The notes below the pieces were generated by a model. It saw only the letters and a program-made list of their open reading frames with translations, searched no databases and had not been told where the DNA came from. Shown here piece after piece: positions 47,917 through 57,107 of a stretch of 64,000 nt of DNA. Source of the DNA: an uncultured Spirochaetota bacterium (GTDB taxonomy: Bacteria; Spirochaetota; Spirochaetia; SZUA-6; Fen-1364); NCBI GenBank assembly GCA_963845535.1, contig CAWJSK010000003.1, positions 32,994 through 96,993 on the forward strand, in the 5' to 3' direction. The stretch's first letter is position 1; each line of letters starts with the position of its first letter. Both the position numbers and the translations under genes were made by a program.

Positions 47917-49469
47917 TGGACACTATCCTGATTCTCGACTTTGGAAGCCAGAGCACGCAGCTCATCGGACGCAGGATTCGGCAGCTCGGCGTATTCAGCA
48001 GGATCGTGCCCGGTGACGCGCCGCTCTCCAGCATCGATTTCAGCGACGTCCGCGGCATCATCCTCTCGGGTTCCCCGTTCTCCGTGTATGAGAAAGGCGC
48101 CCCGCGCGCGGACAAGCGCATCTATGAAAAAGGCCTCCCCATGCTGGGGATCTGCTATGGCTTCCAGAGCATGAGCGCGGATCACGGCGGGACCGTGGCC
48201 TCCCTCGGCAGCAAGGAGTACGGCAGGGCCCGCATACTGTTGAAGGAAAAGACGGAGCTCTTCGCGCGCGTTCCCGGGGACTCCTTCGTGTCGTGGATGA
48301 GTCACGGGGACTCTGTCACGGAAGCTCCCGCGGGTTTCCGCGTCATCGGGCAGTCGGAGAACGGGCTTGCCGCTGCCTTTGTCGATGAGGCCCGTCGCAT
48401 GTGGGGCGTGCAGTTCCACCCCGAGGCGAGCCACTGCGAGCATGGCCAGGAGATCCTCAAGGCCTTCGCGGTGGACATCTGCAAGGCTCGCCCGGAATGG
48501 AGCATCGAAATGTTTCTCACGAGGGAGAAGGAGAGACTGAAGAATCAGGTCGGGGAGAGGGACGTGGTTCTCCTCATTTCGGGCGGAGTGGATTCGAGCG
48601 TGGTGGCCGCGCTCCTGCTTGCAAGCCTGGACCCCCGGCGCGTGCACCTCATGTACATCGACACCGGGCTCATGCGGGAAGGCGAGTCGCCCGAGGTCGC
48701 GAGGAGCCTGGCTGACCTCGGGGCCGTTCATCTCCACATGATCGATGCCTCCCGGAAGTTCTATGCGGGGCTGGCGGGGTTGACGGACCCCGAACAGAAA
48801 AGACGGGTGATTGGTGATCTTTTCATCACCGTCCAGGAAGAGGAGATCAGCGCCCTGGGCATCAGGGACTCGTACCTTGCTCAAGGGACGTTGTACACGG
48901 ACCTCGTCGAATCAGGCAAGGGCGTCGGAGACAAGGCGAAGGTCATCAAGACCCATCACAACGTGCGCTCGCCTCTCGTGGAGGCGAAGAGGCTGGCGGG
49001 TCTGGTCATCGAGCCGCTCTCTTCGCTGTACAAAGACGAAGTACGCGAGCTGGGGACCATGCTTGGACTGTCGACGGCGGTAGTGAACCGACACCCGTTC
49101 CCCGGGCCGGGACTGGCCGTGAGAATCGTGGGTGAGGTGACACAGGAAAAGTGCGATCTGCTGCGCAAGGCTGACGCGCTTTTCATGGCTGAGCTTCGAA
49201 GCCGCGGGTTCTACGAGAAGATCTGGCAGGCGTTCTGCGTCCTGTTGCCGGTGCGGTCAGTCGGCGTCTCCGGGGACGTGCGAAGGTACGGCCACGTCCT
49301 TGCGCTTCGGGCAGTGGCTTCGCTGGACGCCATCACGGCGGACGTTTATCCTTTCCCCATGAAGGACCTTCTGGAAATCTCTTCCCTGATCACGAACAGG
49401 ATTCCTGAGATCGGACGGGTGGTCTACGACATCTCCAGCAAGCCCCCTGCCACGATCGAATGGGAGTAG
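47916..49469 (+). CDS. guaA: GMP synthase (glutamine-hydrolysing)
   Basis: ATG 47916 overlaps the purB stop (ATGA). It has a GATase domain ('LGICYGFQ', 'VQFHPE'), the ATP-PPase loop 'LLISGGVDSSV' and the C-terminal 'PPATIEWE'. Confidence 0.95.
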   Translation: MDTILILDFGSQSTQLIGRRIRQLGVFSRIVPGDAPLSSIDFSDVRGIILSGSPFSVYEKGAPRADKRIYEKGLPMLGICYGFQSMSADHGGTVASLGSKEYGRARILLKEKTELFARVPGDSFVSWMSHGDSVTEAPAGFRVIGQSENGLAAAFVDEARRMWGVQFHPEASHCEHGQEILKAFAVDICKARPEWSIEMFLTREKERLKNQVGERDVVLLISGGVDSSVVAALLLASLDPRRVHLMYIDTGLMREGESPEVARSLADLGAVHLHMIDASRKFYAGLAGLTDPEQKRRVIGDLFITVQEEEISALGIRDSYLAQGTLYTDLVESGKGVGDKAKVIKTHHNVRSPLVEAKRLAGLVIEPLSSLYKDEVRELGTMLGLSTAVVNRHPFPGPGLAVRIVGEVTQEKCDLLRKADALFMAELRSRGFYEKIWQAFCVLLPVRSVGVSGDVRRYGHVLALRAVASLDAITADVYPFPMKDLLEISSLITNRIPEIGRVVYDISSKPPATIEWE

Positions 49470-49545
49470 ATGATCGGCAGAAAAAAGCGCGCGCTTTAGA
49501 AAATAGCTATACGTTACCGATATAATGTGAGGAGAGGTGTTAGAA

Positions 49546-50094
49546 ATGCCAGGCGAACTGCCGGAAGATCCTTCCGTGCGAGAGATGCTCGAATGGCTCA
49601 TGTCGACCTGGGGCATGACGAAGTCGGACCTCGCCCGGATGTTTCAGAGGACACAGTCCACCATCCATCACTGGCTCACCACGGGACAGGTTTCCCACCG
49701 CAACCTGATGAAGATACGTTCGAGCTACTACTTCCTTCATGACGCGCGGGACCCGCACTCCAACGAAAGGAAATGCGAGCGGTGCGGAAAGTGGCTCTCG
49801 CAAAGCGAGTTCCGCAGGGGAAAGGCAATCTGCCACGCATGCGAGAACTCGAGGACCCTGCAGTACTACTGGTCTCACCGCGAGGAGCAGCTTTCCAAGC
49901 GCAAGGCCAAGAACTGGTACAACCGCAAGAGCGTCAAGTCCTCTCTGACAGTCGTCGTGTCAAGACAGTCGTCGCTGCTCGACACGGGGCAGCCGGAACA
50001 GGATTCATCGTCACACTGGATATTCGCCCGGGAATCCATTATAGTCCGGCCAAGGATTCACACATGCATAAGGCAGCTTTTTTGTGCGTTGTAG
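49546..50094 (+). CDS. Helix-turn-helix protein with a CxxC...CxxC zinc-ribbon-like segment
   Basis: GGAGAGG lies upstream of ATG 49546. The HTH is 'MTKSDLARMFQRTQSTIHHWLTTGQ'. The zinc-ribbon-like segment is 'CERCGKWLSQSEFRRGKAICHAC'. A TATAAT lies at 49521-49526. The last ~50 aa look non-globular and overlap the next gene. Confidence 0.5.
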   Translation: MPGELPEDPSVREMLEWLMSTWGMTKSDLARMFQRTQSTIHHWLTTGQVSHRNLMKIRSSYYFLHDARDPHSNERKCERCGKWLSQSEFRRGKAICHACENSRTLQYYWSHREEQLSKRKAKNWYNRKSVKSSLTVVVSRQSSLLDTGQPEQDSSSHWIFARESIIVRPRIHTCIRQLFCAL

Positions 50095-50678
50095 CAGCAG
50101 TGGCCCTCAGCTCATGCGTGGGGATTGACAGCCGCCTCACCATCCGCAACAACGGTTCAGGAGTCCTCGACCTGACCTACCGGGTATCCCAGCTCGTGGT
50201 GAACCTCGGGAATCCCGTTGACGGCAAGGGAGTCATTCCGCTCCCGCTTTCGAAATCCGATTTCGAAAGATCCCTGGCGGCAACCCAGGGCAAGGTTCGT
50301 TTGACCAGTTTCGACAGGTCCGAAGATCAGAAAGACATCACCATCCGGGCACAGCTTGCGTTCGATTCCCTGGACGCCCTTGCTCAGGTTGATGCCTTCC
50401 AGAGCGCCCAGATCCACGTTACAAGCGACGGCGGGAACCACACCTTTTCAGAGCTGATTGCCAAGGCGCCGAGTGAACCCGTAACGGATGATTCCCTGCG
50501 CATGGTTGATGCGTTTTTCGGAGGGTATGACCTGGCGTTCACAGTGGAAGCGCCGCAGCCGTTGAAGTCGAACACCCTCGGGACGCTTTCCGCTGACAAG
50601 CGCGTTCTGACGTACAAGACAACCGTCGGCGACATCATGAGAGCCAAGAACGACATCGTCTTATCGATGAGCTGGTAG
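50064..50678 (+). CDS. Hypothetical lipoprotein
   Basis: ATG 50064. The lipobox is 'VAAVALSSC'. 204 aa, with no recognised motif. Confidence 0.65.
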   Translation: MHKAAFLCVVAAVALSSCVGIDSRLTIRNNGSGVLDLTYRVSQLVVNLGNPVDGKGVIPLPLSKSDFERSLAATQGKVRLTSFDRSEDQKDITIRAQLAFDSLDALAQVDAFQSAQIHVTSDGGNHTFSELIAKAPSEPVTDDSLRMVDAFFGGYDLAFTVEAPQPLKSNTLGTLSADKRVLTYKTTVGDIMRAKNDIVLSMSW

Positions 50679-50767
50679 GGGATTGTGCTTCGGTCGGACC
50701 TTGGAAACGAACCTTAGAAATGAACGGTGATAAAGTAATTTCAAAGCATGTCAACTTTAGTAGCCAA

Positions 50768-51697
50768 ATGCGAAAGCTTTTGGACATGAGGCTTCTGACG
50801 GCAGCCATTGTCTTTTCATTTCTTGGCTTGAGAGCATTTGGTCAAATCTCGCAAGGAACCTCCCAGGATTGGATACTCTATGAAAAAGCCAACGCCATGT
50901 TTGCGCAGCGAGAGTTCGGGCAGGCCTTGCAGCTTTATAAAGAAGCAATTTCTTCCGCTGGAATCTTCCCCGAAGCGGAGATGGGAGTAGGGGATGTGCT
51001 TTTTGAGGAGGGCGAGTTTCAATTAGCAAGAGATCAGTACGAAAAAGCATACGAGTTAAGGAATGCCTTTAGGATACCTGAGACGCAATACGAGCTGCTC
51101 TACAAGCTCGCTGATCTCTTTCAAAGCAAGGAAATGTATAGCCAGATGGAAGACTCCCTTCTCAAGATAGAGGTTGATGATAAGAAGTTCTCGGATTCCG
51201 ACAGCGCCAGGCTGAAAGCGCAAATCTTGAAGAATTACAAGGCGAAGGGTATTGACCATACGCTGTTTCTCTACCAGTTCGACGTGCCATTTTCCCAGGC
51301 AGCTCACTCGAGGCTGGGGTGGTTCTATTACCGATCCGGACTTTATGAGCAGGCTGCTCAGGAGCTTCTTTTTTCCGTGATCTACAGCTCAACGGAGATG
51401 AACGCGACTCTCCATGATATGGACGTTGACTATGAGTTCACCAACCTCGCTGACATGCTGACGGCTGTTCAGGCCCACAAGGAAGTCTCGTCGTTTGCCT
51501 CCAACGGCAGCTTCTTCAAGGACCTGTATTACCTGGCGGGAGCATCGTATGCGGCCGGGTTCCCGGCGCATTCAACGCAGCTCTGGAAGTTGCTCTCGAC
51601 GTCGAGGCTGGCCGGAACGTATGCGGCGTTGTCGGTGCGCCAGCTAAAAAACCCCTGGATGGAAAAAGTGTTGGGCGCTGGTCGGGGCGGGAACTAG
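50768..51697 (+). CDS. Secreted TPR-like protein encoded in a low-GC segment
   Basis: The signal-like segment is 'MRLLTAAIVFSFLGLRAFGQ'. TPR-like helices include 'YEKANAMFAQREFGQALQLYKEAI' and 'GDVLFEEGEFQLARDQYEKAYEL'. The start could be 50720, 50768 or 50786. Confidence 0.6.
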   Translation: MRKLLDMRLLTAAIVFSFLGLRAFGQISQGTSQDWILYEKANAMFAQREFGQALQLYKEAISSAGIFPEAEMGVGDVLFEEGEFQLARDQYEKAYELRNAFRIPETQYELLYKLADLFQSKEMYSQMEDSLLKIEVDDKKFSDSDSARLKAQILKNYKAKGIDHTLFLYQFDVPFSQAAHSRLGWFYYRSGLYEQAAQELLFSVIYSSTEMNATLHDMDVDYEFTNLADMLTAVQAHKEVSSFASNGSFFKDLYYLAGASYAAGFPAHSTQLWKLLSTSRLAGTYAALSVRQLKNPWMEKVLGAGRGGN

Positions 51698-51876
51698 GGG
51701 ACCAAATCCAGACGCAACATAAGCGAGTCGGTAGGTGGACGATGGCCATATTGTATGAGCGCTTAGTAGACAGAATATCTATTATCGGAAGTAATAAGAA
51801 TTGTGATTTGCAATTAAGAAAACGCTCAAGGAAGCGCGGGCAGCCCTTCACGGCACCGCAGGTCTTGTCGAGCGCA

Positions 51877-52269
51877 TCAACGAGAGCGCTTCTTTGGTAC
51901 CGCCTTGGCAGCAGTCTTCCTTTTTTGAGCCTTTGGGGCTAACGTGCGGACGTACGCAGCCGCCTCGACTGCCACTCCCCGTATGGCCTCTTCCTGGCGA
52001 TAGAGTGCTTCAGGAATGACAAAATACTCCTTCATGGGTCTTCCCGGCATCGGTTCGAGCGGAGATATCATCGGATGCCTCGGGGTCAGGTCCGCGACTT
52101 GCGCTGCAGAGAGCCTTATGAAAAGAGAGCTCTGGAAAAGCCCGGCAAACATGTTGCCGTTGATGAAGTATGCGGGGTATCCGAACATTGGCCTCTTCTG
52201 ACAGTCAATCCCCGCCATGACCCTTTCAATCAAGACCTTGAGCTCCTCAGGAGCCTTCTGCCACTTCAT
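51877..52269 (-). CDS. TfoX N-terminal-domain protein
   Basis: 'RPMFGYPAYFINGNMFAGLFQSSLFIRL...EPMPGRPMKEYFVIP' is the TfoX_N pattern. The C-terminal tail is basic. Confidence 0.7.
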   Translation of the reverse strand: MKWQKAPEELKVLIERVMAGIDCQKRPMFGYPAYFINGNMFAGLFQSSLFIRLSAAQVADLTPRHPMISPLEPMPGRPMKEYFVIPEALYRQEEAIRGVAVEAAAYVRTLAPKAQKRKTAAKAVPKKRSR

Positions 52270-52337
52270 GACCTTTCCCCCGCATATGCGTGAATGCTGC
52301 CTGAAACCGGCAAGCCTTGTGTTATAATAATGCCTAC

Positions 52338-53495
52338 ATGGAAAGGTTGACGACTCGAAACAACGCGGTGCGAGCGGCGGTCATCGCTGCGGCAATGCTG
52401 CTTGTCGCTGTCGGCGCAAGCGCACAAATGGAAGCCCCCGAGGGCATATTCACCCTGACAAACTTCGGCGTTCGAACGTATTGGTGGGGCATCGTCCCGA
52501 CCGGAGGGGATTTCTCCGTCCTCTACAACGGGTTCAAGATCATTCCGGGCCTCGATACTATCATCGAGGATGATCTTGGCGCCGGGTACGAGACGGACAA
52601 CTACTACCGCTACCCCAACGGCAGTTTGTATTCCGGACCCTCGGGGGATGGCTCGTCGGTCCTTTTCGACAGGCTTGAAATCGTCGAAGGACTTGGAATC
52701 AGGCAGGGCATCCTCTGGGACCAGAGCCGCAAGCGAAATCTGGTCGAAGGCTTCCTTTTCTACAGGCTTCACTACGACAAGAGCTACGCTGGCGCGGGCT
52801 CTCTCCTTGCTCAGTCGGGCGTTCCAGATCGCGGCCAGATCTTGAGCAACTCCCTGATGGCAGGCGTCTCAGCGAGCACGCTCGTGAAGGACAATGTTCA
52901 CAAGACGTGGGACGGGCTGTACGGAGAGGCATCCGTGCAATGGGGCCCGTCGTTCTTCTTCAACAGCATTGGGAATGCTGACTTCTACAGGTTGAACACG
53001 ACTCTCAAGGGCTTCCGAACGCTGTATGCCTCCCCCACCACCGGAGATTCGAACTTTTTCAGCATCTACGTGGGGGATTTCATTTCCGTGGATTACACGG
53101 GCGGCGGCTCAATTCCATATTATGTCCAGGAGAGCACGGGCGGCCTGGATCCACGGGCTACAACCGATGATTGGGTCCGTGGCTTTGAGACCGGTTCGTA
53201 CGGCACCACCTTCAAGGCGGTCAACAATTTCGACATTCGCTTTCAGGGGCCCGCGGTCATATGGCCCTCCGTGGTCCCCGGGTTGTACGCTTTCACCGAC
53301 GCAGGGTATTACAACGGATTTGCCGGTGATCCCGCCAACACGCCGGGAGGCTTCCTGGCCTCCGCTGGCGTCGGCGGTTATCTCGACTTTTTCGATCTGA
53401 CGAACGTGACCGGCTACCTTGCTTTTCCTTTGTACGGCCACCGCATCGACAACGCGTCCTGGGCCATCAGCTTCCACTTCCACCTTGACTTCTGA
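52338..53495 (+). CDS. Putative outer-membrane beta-barrel protein
   Basis: The signal peptide is 'AAVIAAAMLLVAVGASAQ'. The protein is Gly/Tyr/Phe-rich with alternating strands. The C-terminal beta-signal 'WAISFHFHLDF' ends in Phe. Confidence 0.6.
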   Translation: MERLTTRNNAVRAAVIAAAMLLVAVGASAQMEAPEGIFTLTNFGVRTYWWGIVPTGGDFSVLYNGFKIIPGLDTIIEDDLGAGYETDNYYRYPNGSLYSGPSGDGSSVLFDRLEIVEGLGIRQGILWDQSRKRNLVEGFLFYRLHYDKSYAGAGSLLAQSGVPDRGQILSNSLMAGVSASTLVKDNVHKTWDGLYGEASVQWGPSFFFNSIGNADFYRLNTTLKGFRTLYASPTTGDSNFFSIYVGDFISVDYTGGGSIPYYVQESTGGLDPRATTDDWVRGFETGSYGTTFKAVNNFDIRFQGPAVIWPSVVPGLYAFTDAGYYNGFAGDPANTPGGFLASAGVGGYLDFFDLTNVTGYLAFPLYGHRIDNASWAISFHFHLDF

Positions 53496-53548
53496 AAGGC
53501 GGCGCCTCGCGTTCAAGATCACGCGCGCGGATCAGCACAAATGGCGGA

Positions 53549-54427
53549 TCAAAACAGGAGGAGCTTCACCGCCATTGCCGCTCCAAAGACCGCGCAGTAA
53601 ATGGCAAAAGGCGTGAGCTTCCGGTCGCGGAAATAACGGTCGAGGAAGCGCACGGCAAAATAGGCGGCAATTCCGGCGCAGATGCTCCCCACCGCAATCT
53701 GGGAGCGCACACCGTTCCCGTTAGGCCCGAGCAGGTCAGGCACCTTGTAGACTCCGGCCGCCAGGATGATCGGCGTGGCAAGGAGGAACGAGAAACGCGC
53801 GGCGTCCTGGTGATCGAGGCCGCGCACCAGTCCTCCGATCATGGTTATTCCTGAACGACTTATTCCCGCAAAGAGCGCGAGCACTTGCGACACACCGATG
53901 ATGCCGGCGTCGCGATACTTCATGATTCTGAGGTTCTGCGCGGTCGCTTCAAGACTGCTGTCGGTTCGAGCGCGCTCAGGACGTCGCCTCAAGATTTCCG
54001 CAAGCAACAGGACTCCGCCGTTGAGCACCATGAAGACCGCGGCCGCGAGGGGTTTTGCAAAGAGGGTGCGCAAAGAGTGCTCGAAGACGACCCCCACGAG
54101 CCCCGCCGGTATGGTCGCGACAATCAGGAGCCACGCAAGGCGTTCGTCGGGGGTGGTCGCCTTGCCCTTTCTGATTGAGGTGAAGAAACCCACGATGATT
54201 CTGCCCCACTCCTCCCGGTAGAAGATGAGGAGCGCAAGGGCGGTGGCTACGTGCAGACCGACGAGGAAGGCAAGGAAAAACGATTCGCTGTCGGATTGGG
54301 CGCGGACCAGGTTGTCCCAGCCGAAAAGGGTTGGAAAGAGCACTGAATGACCGAGGCTCGAGACGGGGAAAAGCTCGCTTACCCCCTGCAAGAGCCCCAT
54401 GACGACCGCCTGGAAATAGCTCAACAT
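53549..54427 (-). CDS. uppP: Undecaprenyl-diphosphate phosphatase
   Basis: 'VVMGLLQGVSELFPVSSLGHSVL' and 'GISRSGITMIGG' are the BacA/UppP signature motifs. About 8 TM helices. Confidence 0.93.
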   Translation of the reverse strand: MLSYFQAVVMGLLQGVSELFPVSSLGHSVLFPTLFGWDNLVRAQSDSESFFLAFLVGLHVATALALLIFYREEWGRIIVGFFTSIRKGKATTPDERLAWLLIVATIPAGLVGVVFEHSLRTLFAKPLAAAVFMVLNGGVLLLAEILRRRPERARTDSSLEATAQNLRIMKYRDAGIIGVSQVLALFAGISRSGITMIGGLVRGLDHQDAARFSFLLATPIILAAGVYKVPDLLGPNGNGVRSQIAVGSICAGIAAYFAVRFLDRYFRDRKLTPFAIYCAVFGAAMAVKLLLF

Positions 54428-54437
54428 GTGTCATGTC

Positions 54438-55226
54438 CTACTTGTTGACGTTGTCCGCAAACCACGAAACGAGCGCGCGCATTCGGTAGTAGAAAGACTT
54501 CTCTTTCGATTTTTCCAGCCCCAAGAAGTGGCCCGTCTTTACCGCGGTCAAGCCGTAAAGGACAAGTTTGTCCTGGCAGGGAACGACGTAGAAATACGTA
54601 TGGAGATTGCCGGGATCAACGAGAGTGAAGATGAGATACTTCATGCTTGTGAGGTTGGTCACGTTGACGGCGAAGGTGTCGTTTTGCTCGTCATAGTCGA
54701 AATGGAACTTTGCGTAGGAGTCGCCCGTCTGCTCCTCCTTCTCATAGACGACGTAATCGGCTTGAGGGGGAACAGTCGTGACCGCAACGTCGGGGAGCCG
54801 CTTCTTGTTGTCAGAGGCATCAACGAGAGAGGCATCGAAAAGAAAGGTCTCCAGATGTCCCTGGGAGACAGAATATACCTGAATGCCCTTGAGAGTGGAA
54901 AATGCCGTGAAAGTGTTGAAGACCTTTGCATCAAGGCTCTGCGGATCCAGGTCTGGCTTGTCGATGAGAAAGAAGCCCTCCGCAACTATGGTGCTATCGA
55001 AACCCTGGAGCGCCCCTCGTATGGCGTCGGCCATGGGGCTCTTCTGCCAGAGGGGAAGATCTTTGATGTTTCCCGCGATGTTGGTGACCTCCCCATTGGC
55101 ATAGAGCTTGTTCAACTCCTCCGGGGGAAGGAAACTGAGATAGTCTTTGGAGACTTTTGGGATGTCTTGTGCTATCACTGGCAAGGCTACTACGCACAAC
55201 AATGCTGCGAGGACCATTCTCTTCAT
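54438..55226 (-). CDS. Secreted hypothetical protein
   Basis: The signal peptide is 'LAALLCVVALPVIAQD'. 262 aa, with no recognised motif. Confidence 0.6.
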   Translation of the reverse strand: MKRMVLAALLCVVALPVIAQDIPKVSKDYLSFLPPEELNKLYANGEVTNIAGNIKDLPLWQKSPMADAIRGALQGFDSTIVAEGFFLIDKPDLDPQSLDAKVFNTFTAFSTLKGIQVYSVSQGHLETFLFDASLVDASDNKKRLPDVAVTTVPPQADYVVYEKEEQTGDSYAKFHFDYDEQNDTFAVNVTNLTSMKYLIFTLVDPGNLHTYFYVVPCQDKLVLYGLTAVKTGHFLGLEKSKEKSFYYRMRALVSWFADNVNK

Positions 55227-55277
55227 CTACATGCTCCTTCTCGTCATCAGATACAACACTTTGCGCCTTTTATTCAA

Positions 55278-56204
55278 TCACTGAACAGATACGCTTTTCA
55301 CACTATTACTGGCAAGGCCCTGCGATGTCGTGTAATTGCTCCATGAGGCACCGCTGTCGAGAGACACCCACACTCCGGAGCCGGTGGCCGCGTAGATATC
55401 CGTCCCTGAAACGTAGACGCTGTAAACCACGGTGCCCGAGAGGTAGGTGGTCCACGTCGTTCCGTTGTAAACCGACAGTCCCGCGTTGGTGGCGGCGTAG
55501 ATGACCCCGCCGTAGACAAAGACGCCGTTGACGGTGTTGCCGGCAAGGCCGCTTGTCGTGTTGTATATCGTCATCCATGCCGGCAGTGACGCGTTGGGCG
55601 TTTCGGCCAACCCTTGATCTGTGCCTGCGTAAACATTAGTCCCGTCATCAAAAACACAAAGCACGTTCGTGCTCGGGAGACCAGCGGTGTATGCGCTCCA
55701 GGCCGAGCCACCACTATTGGAAATGGACAGGCCGGCGCTTGTGGCTGCGTAAATGTTCGTACCGTCAAAGTAAATACCTTGAACATTGCTCGAACCGGTG
55801 CCGAGACTCGAATACGTCGTCCAAGTACCGTTGTAAATCGAGACTCCCGCGCTCGTGGCCGCATAGACATTGGTTGATACAAAAACATCATTTATCTGAA
55901 CACTGGGGAGCATGGTAGTCCACGTTGCCCCGTCAGTGGAAAGAAAAAGCCCAGTATTCGTGCCGGCGTACAGGGACACATAGCTGCCAGAGGACACGGC
56001 GACAATGCTGTTGACGTTGGCCAACGAGCCGATTGTCGACCAGGAAGAGCCGCCTGTCAGGGAAACGGAGACTCCGGCCGCGGTTGCAGCATAAATGTCA
56101 ATTGCGGAAGGGCCGCCTACTCCCGGCAAGGCGGCAGGGTTGCAGCCAGCCAGGGAAAGGGCAAGGCACGCGAGCCCGGCAGTTGACAGAGCATGGATCA
56201 TCAC
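55278..56204 (-). CDS. Seven-bladed beta-propeller lipoprotein (Reg_prop-like repeats)
   Basis: The lipobox is 'LALSLAGC'. There are seven repeats of about 40 aa, each starting '(V/I)YA(A/G)T.(A/T/S)G(L/V)' and containing 'G..W(S/T)(T/A/N)(Y/I/M)'. Confidence 0.7.
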   Translation of the reverse strand: MMIHALSTAGLACLALSLAGCNPAALPGVGGPSAIDIYAATAAGVSVSLTGGSSWSTIGSLANVNSIVAVSSGSYVSLYAGTNTGLFLSTDGATWTTMLPSVQINDVFVSTNVYAATSAGVSIYNGTWTTYSSLGTGSSNVQGIYFDGTNIYAATSAGLSISNSGGSAWSAYTAGLPSTNVLCVFDDGTNVYAGTDQGLAETPNASLPAWMTIYNTTSGLAGNTVNGVFVYGGVIYAATNAGLSVYNGTTWTTYLSGTVVYSVYVSGTDIYAATGSGVWVSLDSGASWSNYTTSQGLASNSVKSVSVQ

Positions 56205-56222
56205 GGAGAATCGCCTTGCAGA

Positions 56223-56576
56223 ATGGCAGCTCTTGGAAAAACAGCGGTGGCCATCATGGCCGCTTTCCTCGTCTCGTGTCAGCTCCTTTTCCAGACGCAG
56301 GTCAGCTTCCAGAACAGCACCTCTTCCTATACTTTCCTGGAAATCAAGCTGGGGTCCATCGATTACACGTCCACGCTGTCCCCGGGCCAGCAGACGTCGT
56401 TCTTTCCCGTTGGCCAGGGTCTGTACACGCTCTATACGAGGGGAATCGACGGCGTGCTCTATGCGTGGCCCGTAAAGCAGTCGATTGCCGGCGGTTACAG
56501 CTATACGATAATCTTCGCCGTGAACAGCACGACAAACAGCCTCTCCTATACGACCTACGTTGCGCTGGAAAAGTAG
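56223..56576 (+). CDS. Small lipoprotein
   Basis: ATG 56223. The lipobox is 'MAAFLVSC'. About 117 aa, beta-rich. It is divergent from the propeller gene. Confidence 0.5.
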   Translation: MAALGKTAVAIMAAFLVSCQLLFQTQVSFQNSTSSYTFLEIKLGSIDYTSTLSPGQQTSFFPVGQGLYTLYTRGIDGVLYAWPVKQSIAGGYSYTIIFAVNSTTNSLSYTTYVALEK

Positions 56577-56594
56577 CTGGCGTTCCCGAACCCT

Positions 56595-56816
56595 TCACGG
56601 GAGCACTTCCTTCACACGGCCCACTTCGCCGGATTCGAGCCTGACCTTGATGCCATGAGGATGCGTGGGGGAGTTTGTCAGGATGTCCCGCACTACCCCC
56701 TCGGTGAGGCGGCCGGTCGGCTGGTCCTGCTTCTGGACAATGGTGACCCTGCAACCCGGGCGGATATTGGCCCGGATGCTTCCGTCAGATGCTGACGCTG
56801 AGGCAGCGGGGCTCAT
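56595..56816 (-). CDS. ywbE: YwbE-family (DUF2196) protein
   Basis: 'RANIRPGCRVTIVQKQDQPTGRLTEGVVRDILTNSPTHPHGIKVRLESGEVGRVKEV' matches the family pattern almost end to end. Confidence 0.8.
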   Translation of the reverse strand: MSPAASASASDGSIRANIRPGCRVTIVQKQDQPTGRLTEGVVRDILTNSPTHPHGIKVRLESGEVGRVKEVLP

Positions 56817-57091
56817 CGAGGGTAGCTCGCTTTCGAGAGAAGCCAGATCATCAGGAGGGACGTCGTCAGCGCGGAGAACACGTTAACGGAGTTGAAGTCG
56901 GAAAGGTACTGGATGACCTTGGAAAAAATCTGGTCAATCAACCCGCCCAGGAATGAGCCGACAAGCCCGACGATGATGGCGCCCCAGAGCTTTCCCAGCA
57001 CCGGCTTCTTGATCGCGAAGAAAAAGAAAACCGCTGTGGCAACTCCGATTGTCACATATGTAAGCCCGACGTTGAAATAGTAGAACCACAT
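56813..57091 (-). CDS. GlsB/YeaQ/YmgE-family small membrane stress protein
   Basis: 92 aa with 3 TM helices. It carries 'WGAIIVGLVGSFLGGLI'. The stop overlaps the ywbE start. Confidence 0.6.
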   Translation of the reverse strand: MWFYYFNVGLTYVTIGVATAVFFFFAIKKPVLGKLWGAIIVGLVGSFLGGLIDQIFSKVIQYLSDFNSVNVFSALTTSLLMIWLLSKASYPR

Positions 57092-57107
57092 CAGAAGATC
57101 CCTTTCA

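Noticed and set aside
51742-51942. 66-aa ORF in the AT-rich spacer.
   Set aside because: It has no SD. Its second half is antisense to the 3' end of the TfoX-like gene, and its composition changes abruptly. It is kept only as part of the spacer finding.
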